This document shows, in pieces, positions 9,972-17,759 of a DNA stretch of 64,000 bases; position 1 is the first letter of the stretch; every line of letters starts with the position of its first letter. The notes below the pieces were generated by a model that ran no database searches, was not told the origin of the DNA, and saw nothing but the letters and a program-made list of their open reading frames with translations. The DNA comes from Candidatus Cloacimonadales bacterium. GTDB taxonomy: Bacteria; Cloacimonadota; Cloacimonadia; Cloacimonadales; JAFGVF01. A program made the translations under genes and the position numbers. Location of the stretch: the NCBI GenBank assembly GCA_963677495.2, contig CAXXOU010000001.1:96001-160000 (forward strand), read 5' to 3'.

Positions 9972-10579
9972 TTGCTTTAGTGACACTCTTAATCTTGTGG
10001 TCAGTTTCTACTTCAGTTTTTGGTAGTAATTGAATGCCTTCGTCTTCTATTATCGGTTTCGGTAATAGCGAATATGAATTTATCAAATCAGATTTTGAGG
10101 ATATAGAATACAAAGAGATTACTGTAACCGGTGCCAGTACCTATGTTAAAGAGAAGGTAACAGTATACGTTAACCCGACTACAAATGGAAAGACACTGAT
10201 TCACGGACATAAGAAGTTAAAAAAGAAAACGCAGTTATATGGATCAAAACTGAGAGCAGTATCTCTGCTTAGTGAGATTGCAAAAAGTAGATCAGTACAA
10301 ACCTATTTTGAATCAAAACGTGTAATTGATGATTATGGAATAGTCTACAAGGAAGTGACGATGAATGATTCAACAATGGTACTTCTATTTGAACCCAAGG
10401 AAGAATCTGTTAGCATTGCATTGAAACCTAAAGATGGAAAAGTCTTTAACTATTTTTCATCAGCTAAGGACTATAAAGGATTGATTGAAAGAGTGTATAA
10501 TAGATTGAATCTCATGGGTCCGAATGAGATGACCACAAAGCAAAAAATGGCTATTGATTTTAGAGGATTAGGAGAATAA
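9968..10579 (+). CDS. Putative secreted selenoprotein, paralog 3 (203 aa; UGA at 10031-10033)
   Basis: GTGA overlap with the stop of paralog 2; reads MIALVTLLILWSVSTSVFGSN*MPSSSIIGFGN, in frame with ORF 10034-10579. Confidence 0.72.
10034..10072 (+). promoter_or_regulatory. Candidate bacterial SECIS element 3
   Basis: CTATTATCG-[GTTT]-CGGTAATAG (one G-U pair), loop 10056-10059; lower pairing TTCG/CGAA. Confidence 0.65.
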
Positions 10580-11593
10580 CTAATCCTCTTTTTTTAATGT
10601 TCTTGTCATTAAAGATTTTATTGCTTCTAACGGATTCTTTTCATTAAAAAGTACTTCGTGCACCTGCTCTGTGATTGGCATCTCGACATCATACTTCTTA
10701 CTAAGAGCATAAACTGAAATAGTAGAATCTACTCCCTCTGCAACCATCTTCATAGTTTCCAGGATTTGGTTAAGAGTCTTACCACTTCCTATCTCAAAAC
10801 CTACATATCTATTACGACTGTGTTTGCTCATTGCTGTCGTTATGAGGTCTCCTATGCCAGATAAACCTAAAAAGGTTTCCGGGTTTGCTCCCATTACTTT
10901 ACCTAGACGCTTAACTTCAGCAACACCTCTTGTTAATAAAGCTCCCATAGTATTGTCACCTAACCCAAGACCTTCTGTGATTCCTGCAGCGATAGCAATA
11001 ATATTCTTAACAGCACCACCAAGCTCTACTCCCATTAGATCATTGGAGCTATATACTCTGAAGTAGTTATTACTGAAGGTATTTTGTACAAGCTTCTGGT
11101 TATCTTTTGTTGATCCGGCAATCACAACAGCAGTTGATACTTCTTTAGCTACTTCTTCTGCATGACTTGGACCCGAAAGTGTCATTATTTTCTCACTACT
11201 AAGTACAGTTAAGGACTCACTTAGAACTTCAGACATTCGTTTTAATGATTGCTTTTCAACCCCTTTAGCTACATTGATAACAGCTTCAATTCCATTGGAT
11301 TTTAAGAGTAGTGGATTCACTTGTTCAGCAACTTTCCTTAGAACCTGTGAAGGAACAGCAAAAAGAAGGATGTCGAACTCTCCGGTAACAACATCATCAA
11401 GGTTATTACTAAAACAGATAGTCTCATCGAGATGGATACCGGGAAGAAAAACGGTATTAGTGTGTGTGTGTATGAGCTCATCGGCTCTTTCTTTATCAAA
11501 TTCCCAAACCTTCACTTCATGTCCATTAACAGCTAAAAGGTTAGCTAATGCCAAACCCCAGCTACCACCACCGATTACTCTAACTCTTTGCAT
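10580..11593 (-). CDS. gpsA: NAD(P)H-dependent glycerol-3-phosphate dehydrogenase
   Basis: GGGSWG, SGPSHAEEV, GGAVKNIIAIAAG, GIGDLITT..SRN. Confidence 0.97.
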   Translation of the reverse strand: MQRVRVIGGGSWGLALANLLAVNGHEVKVWEFDKERADELIHTHTNTVFLPGIHLDETICFSNNLDDVVTGEFDILLFAVPSQVLRKVAEQVNPLLLKSNGIEAVINVAKGVEKQSLKRMSEVLSESLTVLSSEKIMTLSGPSHAEEVAKEVSTAVVIAGSTKDNQKLVQNTFSNNYFRVYSSNDLMGVELGGAVKNIIAIAAGITEGLGLGDNTMGALLTRGVAEVKRLGKVMGANPETFLGLSGIGDLITTAMSKHSRNRYVGFEIGSGKTLNQILETMKMVAEGVDSTISVYALSKKYDVEMPITEQVHEVLFNEKNPLEAIKSLMTRTLKKED

Positions 11594-11656
11594 ATATACT
11601 CCTAAAGAAAAAGCCGGATAACTCCGGCATAAAAAATCTCAATCTCATACTAATGA

Positions 11657-11932
11657 CTAAAAGTCATCATCGTCATCATCATCATCCCAGTCATCCTCAC
11701 CGTTTACCCAGTCAGGACAGAACAAGGCATCTTCTTCGAAATCCCATCCATCCACGTTTTCTAAGCCGAAACGATTGAGAATATCCTCTTCCCACAACGA
11801 ATATTGAACTGTTCCGTCAGTTACCTGCCAGACCAGTATAGGCTTAGAATACTTTCGCAATTCGATAGTTGGATTCTCTGTCATTTGCAGAAATTCGACT
11901 ATCTTCTCTCTGCGAGATTCCTTTTGCATCAT
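11657..11932 (-). CDS. Small hypothetical protein with poly-Asp tail
   Basis: ORF with AAGGAG RBS ahead of ATG 11932; ends DDWDDDDDDDDF. Confidence 0.6.
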   Translation of the reverse strand: MMQKESRREKIVEFLQMTENPTIELRKYSKPILVWQVTDGTVQYSLWEEDILNRFGLENVDGWDFEEDALFCPDWVNGEDDWDDDDDDDDF

Positions 11933-11944
11933 GATTGACACTCC

Positions 11945-12997
11945 TTACTCAAATAAGTCAAACTTATAACCAAAACCTAAACTGAGAGTATTATCTAAAT
12001 ACTCTTTATATTTAGGTACTGAGTTATATGGAGATTCAACCGTACGATTACAATAAGAATAGTCAAGATGAATATCTATTGCCTTACCAAGATAGAATAC
12101 AAGTGATGGTGAGACAGTTGTTTTTGTATCTTCTCTTTTATAGTGATAATCGTCGCTACCTTGATAGTAACGCTTCTCTAGATCAAAGTCGACGGTAAAC
12201 CTGTATTTTACATCATCCCATGATGTGTCTATCTTCTTGAGTGTAATACCAAACTCATAGATGTCACTTTCATAAGATGAGTCAGATGGGATGGTATCCC
12301 AATCAATATCGTCAGTATAAAGCGCTTGAATATCATCTTCTGTAACAAACTCTTTGAATGAATAAGCAAAGTTTAGATATACACCGGGGAATGAACCTCT
12401 CCAGCCGGCTTTATATGTTGTAGCAACTCCATCATATTCAGTGAAGTACTCATTATGAAAGAGCTCTTCCATTTTACCTTCTGCAAAGAATCGATGTTTC
12501 TTGAGAGCTTGCCAAGACAACTTAACTCTATATTGGTTTTTATCATATTCAAACATCTCATACTCACCTGTTCCATTATAAAGGTGATTTTTATCATCTT
12601 TATAATCTCTCAAATAGTTACCGGGATTAAAACCATATTCTACAGTTAAGTAAAATGGTTTATACATAGCGTTAATTCCCGATAGAATACTGCTTTTTGT
12701 TTTGTCTGAGTTTGATGTATAGTAGTTATAACTAAGCTTAACGAATGGATCTATTGATACATGTTTTTTAAGCTTGAAAGAGGTTTTAGCTCGTACTGAA
12801 GATTTAACAACCAGGTCATCAATTGTCTCAACGAAAGGTAATGAATCACTACCCTCTTCAGCTCTTTCTATATCATAATCGGAAAGGTGCCAAATATTCT
12901 CACTATACTCTGTCTCAAGAGAATAATCAATATTCAAAGGAACTGCAAACAGAGATACAGTTGCTAATAGAAGACTGAAAACTACTAACTTACGCAT
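11945..12997 (-). CDS. Putative outer-membrane beta-barrel protein
   Basis: Signal peptide (..VSLFA), alternating Tyr/aromatic beta-strand pattern, terminal strand LSLGFGYKF. Confidence 0.65.
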   Translation of the reverse strand: MRKLVVFSLLLATVSLFAVPLNIDYSLETEYSENIWHLSDYDIERAEEGSDSLPFVETIDDLVVKSSVRAKTSFKLKKHVSIDPFVKLSYNYYTSNSDKTKSSILSGINAMYKPFYLTVEYGFNPGNYLRDYKDDKNHLYNGTGEYEMFEYDKNQYRVKLSWQALKKHRFFAEGKMEELFHNEYFTEYDGVATTYKAGWRGSFPGVYLNFAYSFKEFVTEDDIQALYTDDIDWDTIPSDSSYESDIYEFGITLKKIDTSWDDVKYRFTVDFDLEKRYYQGSDDYHYKREDTKTTVSPSLVFYLGKAIDIHLDYSYCNRTVESPYNSVPKYKEYLDNTLSLGFGYKFDLFE

Positions 12998-13818
12998 TAG
13001 TTTACCTTCTTTCTTATTTTCATTACACGTACAAGAATTGGATTAGGGTTTTGCGGAACAATCTTAAAGGTATTATTCCCGGCAATAGTATTAAGCTCAA
13101 TTCTTTTACCAATACTAAGACACTCATATCCATCGCAACTGAACTTACCTGATCTTTTTAAATCTATACTGACAGTTTTTATCAACTCACCATTCTGGTA
13201 GATATCAAAGGCAGGTTTCACGTTCTCTTCAATTGCTGATCTTACGAAGAAATACGCATCAAATCTTCCATCAACAGAGAACACAATCTCATTCCCTTCA
13301 TCTGCCATATAGTAATCGCTAGAAGCCTTACTGCTTTTAACAACTACTTTCTTCAAACTTTTGGTAGGTTTTACTGCAATAGGATCCTCTGAAAGGTGAA
13401 GCACAGCTTTTTTGAAGAATCTAAAATAGGCATTCCTATTCATTGTTCTAATTCTTACTTCATCTACTCCTCTTGGAATGTTTAACTTATACTCATTAAA
13501 GAATGTATATTTGTTGTTGAAACCAAGCTGTGTGAGATGTACTGGAGTTGGAGTTCCGTCAATTATCACATCTAAATCTAGTGATAAGTCTTGAGCTTTT
13601 GAAACTGATTTAAGAGTGTATTCACCTGATGCAGGCTTTCTTAAAACCAAATCTTCTCCACGTACAGAGCGATAATAAAAGACTTTTCTTCCTTTTACTT
13701 CTACAAGTCTACGAGTTCCATGACTACTAAAATCTTTAGCTCTGTAGATAACTTTATCATAAGCAAACAAAGGAAGAAGAACAGTAATAAGTAAGCTTAA
13801 AATTATTAACTTTTTCAT
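12997..13818 (-). CDS. Secreted basic beta-rich hypothetical protein
   Basis: MKKLIILSLLITVLLPLFA signal peptide; coupled to the neighbouring genes. Confidence 0.65.
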   Translation of the reverse strand: MKKLIILSLLITVLLPLFAYDKVIYRAKDFSSHGTRRLVEVKGRKVFYYRSVRGEDLVLRKPASGEYTLKSVSKAQDLSLDLDVIIDGTPTPVHLTQLGFNNKYTFFNEYKLNIPRGVDEVRIRTMNRNAYFRFFKKAVLHLSEDPIAVKPTKSLKKVVVKSSKASSDYYMADEGNEIVFSVDGRFDAYFFVRSAIEENVKPAFDIYQNGELIKTVSIDLKRSGKFSCDGYECLSIGKRIELNTIAGNNTFKIVPQNPNPILVRVMKIRKKVN

Positions 13819-13828
13819 AAGACCTTCT

Positions 13829-14962
13829 TTAGTCCTCATGTGCTACAATGTTTTTCGCAAACTTTCTATCATGTCTGTCAAAAGCGACTACTGCGATAAT
13901 AGAGACTAAAAGGATAACAAAGCATATAGCGATAACAAACGGGTTGTTTACTACTGATCTGAAAATCATACCTTCACCGGGAGTCTGCAATTCAAAAGGT
14001 TTCTCAGATTTACTTACAGCAACAGGCATCTCATACTTTTCAGCTAATGGTTGAGCTCTGTAAGTATGAATAACCGGTATTCCCTTTTTAGCGAAACTGA
14101 ACATAACACCAGGGTTACTAAACTCTTTTTCAGCAAGCTTTCTATTAACTCCACTCTTTACAAGCTTAGCATTAACAGCGCTACCTACGTTTGCAAGACC
14201 TGAACCAATATTGACAAAAGCTTTAAATCTTTTGCCTTCTGGTATCGAGTTCTGATAAGCTTCTTCCCTAAGTTTTATGCTTTCTCTAAGGTTTTTTCCA
14301 TTAATCAGTTTTACATTATTTCGCACAATTGAGTTTGCTAGGTTCTCAAGACCAACTTCCGATAACCCTTTTCCTTTATCCTCATTACCACCAAATGATG
14401 CATAACTACTCTTGAAATCAATTAAACCTTTCTCATTGAGGAAGCGCTCGATATCAAGCCAGGTAAAGTTTTCTCGGTTTGCTCCATACATAGCTGAACC
14501 ATTTGCTGTGATGATAACCGGTTTTGCCCCAATCACCTTAATAGCAGCAAAAAGTGCTATGTTAGAAGCCGGTGTTGAACCTGTTAACCCGATAGCTATA
14601 TAGTCACCTTTTTTAACACGAGCTTGTTTTAGCTGTTCAACATATATAGCAGCAAAATTAGGATTTATAGCTGTTTGCTTATCGTAAAGCAAACCTCTAC
14701 TTGTTGTGATAGTTGTTACTTTTCTGCCAATTAATCCAGTCTTATTAGGGTCATCGAGAACATTGTAGTTAAGCTCTTCACTCTCATAAGCTGTCTTCAC
14801 AACATCCATCATGGACTGCATTTCATTAGCAGCTTTAACTTTCAAGTCATAATGACTCGCTTTTATTGTCTTTTTACTTGTCTGGGCAAAATAGAATAAA
14901 ACTAAACTTAGGATTGCCAAGGTTGCAAGGCTCCAATTTGATCTTAATGAAGGTCTATACAT
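13829..14962 (-). CDS. pgsW: Poly-gamma-glutamate system protein (PgsW-like)
   Basis: DPNKTGLIG..ITTSRG..KQTAINPNFAA, SAMYGAN; N- and C-terminal TM segments; follows pgsC. Confidence 0.8.
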   Translation of the reverse strand: MYRPSLRSNWSLATLAILSLVLFYFAQTSKKTIKASHYDLKVKAANEMQSMMDVVKTAYESEELNYNVLDDPNKTGLIGRKVTTITTSRGLLYDKQTAINPNFAAIYVEQLKQARVKKGDYIAIGLTGSTPASNIALFAAIKVIGAKPVIITANGSAMYGANRENFTWLDIERFLNEKGLIDFKSSYASFGGNEDKGKGLSEVGLENLANSIVRNNVKLINGKNLRESIKLREEAYQNSIPEGKRFKAFVNIGSGLANVGSAVNAKLVKSGVNRKLAEKEFSNPGVMFSFAKKGIPVIHTYRAQPLAEKYEMPVAVSKSEKPFELQTPGEGMIFRSVVNNPFVIAICFVILLVSIIAVVAFDRHDRKFAKNIVAHED

Positions 14963-15410
14963 TGAACACCACCTCGCCACCTGAAATTAACATGATTAAA
15001 AGTCTTACAAATACAGCAGCAATAATCATAGTTGAGATAGTTTTAACAACTCCCTGTCTTTCCATCCAGTTTGCAATTAAACCTGGAACAATGTAACCGA
15101 TTGACTGCATCTCTAAGTCATAGATAGACATGTTGTGGAACACAAGGTGCCTTGAGGCCCAACCAACAATAAAGCCAAGAAGAATAGCTAACACCATTCT
15201 ACGTCTTCCGAATAATAAAGTTACTTGTGAGATTAATCTAATCAATCCCCATGTCACGAGACTAACAAGTAATGTTCCAATAATCTGCATCGGACGATCC
15301 AAATACATTGCAATATAACCCGGTACAACAATACCACCTGCTGATGCACCTAAAAGTTCTGCAAAGATTAAACTGATTATGACGCCAATACCAACTGCGG
15401 CTTCAACCAC
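14955..15410 (-). CDS. pgsC: Poly-gamma-glutamate biosynthesis protein PgsC/CapC
   Basis: AGGIVVPGYIA, LFGRRR, IGYIVPGLIANW. Confidence 0.93.
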   Translation of the reverse strand: MVEAAVGIGVIISLIFAELLGASAGGIVVPGYIAMYLDRPMQIIGTLLVSLVTWGLIRLISQVTLLFGRRRMVLAILLGFIVGWASRHLVFHNMSIYDLEMQSIGYIVPGLIANWMERQGVVKTISTMIIAAVFVRLLIMLISGGEVVFNV

Positions 15411-15419
15411 TGTTTCCTC

Positions 15420-16610
15420 CTATTTATTTGCCTTTTTATTTTTTCTTGATTTATGCTTGAAATGAGCAACAATAGTCGCACCATACTTTCTTTCACCTGC
15501 AATGTTACCAACTCCGATAACATGTGCTTCGGATTCAGTTCTTTTAAATATCTCTTCATATATTCTTTCGGGAAGCACTTCACCCATTGTAATAAGCTTA
15601 TCTTTCTGTACACCATGGCTAAGAGCAAAACCTTCAACTTTCTCAGGAACTTCACCGGTAAGAATCATATAATCGTAATCCTGATTCTTCATAGCTTCTA
15701 TAAGCTGCTGTGAACGGAAATAACGATCTGCTCTACTGTTTACAACAAGAAACTTATGAGCATCCGGACTTAACTTCTTAGATATAAGATTCCAAATGAA
15801 GTTAGAGGAATCAGCATCATTTGCAGCAAAAACATTATAGAAAGTAATCTCTTTACCTTTCTCTTTAACAGTGTATTTTGTCAAAGCACCCGGGTCTGGA
15901 TGTGAAGCCCACATACCTTCTAGAGCTTTTTGTCTGTCAACACCGAGTTTCAGACAAACTTCTAAAGCTAACTGTACATTCTCCTCATGCTCAATGTATG
16001 AGAACTTATGCATCTCTTCAGGTGTTACATCGTAAGGACGTACTTTGTGAATCGTGCATGATCGCTTGTCAGCAACTTTCTTCATTATTGGGAACATCTT
16101 TTCTTCTGCAGTATAGCACTCACCATGTTTTGGAATTGTATTACACAAACACTTTGTTACAGATTCAACAGTTTCACCCATTAAATCTGTGTGATCGAGT
16201 CTACTGTTTGTGATAACAGAGTGAGTTGCTTTTACGAAATGCTTTTCAGTAATCCATTGGTAAACAGGGTTAACAGCCATACATTCAATAACGAATGCTT
16301 TGGGCTGCATATCTGCAGCATAGCGGAACATATACTTCTGTTCGAGTATGTTTGCCCCGGCTAAACGAATAATTGCAGCTTCTTCTCCACCTTTCATAAT
16401 AAAGCGTGGGAGTGTCCCTGTGATCTTAGCCACAGTTGGTATCCCACCATTTCTTAAACCGGCAGTGATTAATCTTGTTACACTAGATTTTCCTCTCGTT
16501 CCATTTACATGAATACGAATAGGGATATTACTGACATTCTTCTGATGGCGGATATATTCATATACCCAATACAACACCAATACTGCTGTTGCAATTATTA
16601 AAACTATCAT
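15420..16610 (-). CDS. pgsB: Poly-gamma-glutamate synthase PgsB/CapB
   Basis: IRIHVNGTRGKSSVTRLI, ECMAVNP, DHTDLMG, DPGAL, FAAND. Confidence 0.95.
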   Translation of the reverse strand: MIVLIIATAVLVLYWVYEYIRHQKNVSNIPIRIHVNGTRGKSSVTRLITAGLRNGGIPTVAKITGTLPRFIMKGGEEAAIIRLAGANILEQKYMFRYAADMQPKAFVIECMAVNPVYQWITEKHFVKATHSVITNSRLDHTDLMGETVESVTKCLCNTIPKHGECYTAEEKMFPIMKKVADKRSCTIHKVRPYDVTPEEMHKFSYIEHEENVQLALEVCLKLGVDRQKALEGMWASHPDPGALTKYTVKEKGKEITFYNVFAANDADSSNFIWNLISKKLSPDAHKFLVVNSRADRYFRSQQLIEAMKNQDYDYMILTGEVPEKVEGFALSHGVQKDKLITMGEVLPERIYEEIFKRTESEAHVIGVGNIAGERKYGATIVAHFKHKSRKNKKANK

Positions 16611-16745
16611 CTAAACCTCATCATAACGGTAAAACTAAATATTTTGAAATATTATTGCAATAAATATTCCATTTTGCCTGTGTCAAACAATATTTATCTA
16701 TCTATTTTAACATGAGCCAACTGCTCATTAAAATATATATGTTTA

Positions 16746-17054
16746 TCAGTGGGAGATCTTAGGGAAGCACGTGTTTGCTTTTCTCAAATTGTTGAGTCTG
16801 GAATTTATGTCTTTGAAGAAATCTTCCTCCGGAATTGAAGGATTCTTCGTCTCTTTTAACCAAATGTCACACGGTCTGTTAGAACACTCACCACATGACT
16901 TGAAACCCTTCTTTTCAACACATGTGTATATCGGGCAAATCTCTTTCCCAATTTCGGGTGCCCAGCTAACTTTGCCTTTTAACTGGTTACAACCTTTGCA
17001 ATTTTCCCCGAAAGCAGAACAATCTGTCTCACACACAACTCCGCATACTGTCAT
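16746..17054 (-). CDS. Cys-rich DUF3795-like protein
   Basis: CGVVC..C..CKGC..CPIYTC..CGEC..PC pattern. Confidence 0.75.
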   Translation of the reverse strand: MTVCGVVCETDCSAFGENCKGCNQLKGKVSWAPEIGKEICPIYTCVEKKGFKSCGECSNRPCDIWLKETKNPSIPEEDFFKDINSRLNNLRKANTCFPKISH

Positions 17055-17132
17055 AACTTTCTCCTTGCACGGAGATTTGAACCAAAGTGATATTTGTCAA
17101 CTCTTTTGACACAATTACGGACTTATAACATT

Positions 17133-17410
17133 TATGGAGTGCACCATCTGCGTTGGTGCGTCTTGTCACGAATTTGATTATAGCCAATTTTCGCTATTCC
17201 CCCATCTCCCTTCGGTCGCTATTGCGACAGCTTTAGAAATACATACACAGTGCCTTTTGCAATCACTTACAACTATGGAGTGCACCATCTGCGTTGGTGC
17301 GTCTTGTCACGAATTTGATTATAGCCAATTTTCGCAATTCGCCCATCTCCCTTCGGTCACTATTGCGATAGCTTTAGAAATACATATACAGTGCAGTTTT
17401 CAATGACTTA
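17133..17410 (+). repeat. Tandem duplication of a 141-bp palindromic (REP-like) unit
   Basis: Units start at 17133 and 17274; internal hairpins GCACCA-TCTGCGT-TGGTGC and GTCGC-TATT-GCGAC. Confidence 0.9.
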
Positions 17411-17445
17411 GATATATTTATTACCCTTTTTACTCTCTTTTACTG

Positions 17446-17573
17446 CTCTATTCACCATCGCACTGTGTACGCACTGTGTCCCCACTGTGAAGGCACTGCT
17501 AACCCACTGTTTCACTGGGTGCACAGTGCGTGCACAGTGGGAAAACAGTGGGATGACTGCGTTTTGGTGAAGA
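17446..17573. repeat. Palindromic array of 11-bp-spaced CACTG(T) units
   Basis: CACTG at 17461, 17472, 17483, 17494, 17505; inverted ACAGTG at 17523, 17534, 17545; flanked by TTCACCA/TGGTGAA. Confidence 0.8.
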
Positions 17574-17759
17574 GTTTATTAAAAGTTTGCAATATCGCAA
17601 AAGAAGTGCAAGATGATTCAGAGTAATGTCTAAGATTCGAAGTACTTAAATTATTCCCTTGACATAAGAAATAGTAATGTTCTATTTAACATGTAATGTA
17701 GATACGACTTCTATACTATAGGAGTCATACCTACATTTCAGAAATGAAATGGAGGAATC

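Noticed and set aside
8785..10033. Genome-wide UGA reassignment (Trp or Gly) as the explanation for the three in-frame UGAs
   Set aside because: Conserved genes in the window have no internal UGA and use TGG for Trp, and UGA ends genes at expected positions (e.g. istB 32771-32773 and the ATGA/GTGA overlaps).
8710..10033. Sec acting as the lipobox Cys of lipoproteins
   Set aside because: The residues before U (HSC, GAG, GSN) do not fit [LVI][ASTVI][GAS]C; SPase I cleavage after LFS/LFG/VFG fits better. Not fully excluded.
17134..17406. 90-aa ORF with duplicated MECTICVGASCHEF (RiPP- or metallothionein-like)
   Set aside because: It is the translation of the tandem palindromic repeat; there is no RBS, and the third copy at 3380-3726 is split.
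17133..17573. CRISPR array (36-nt palindromic repeat recurring)
   Set aside because: The intervening sequence is itself duplicated (141-bp unit) rather than forming unique spacers; only two units; no cas genes.
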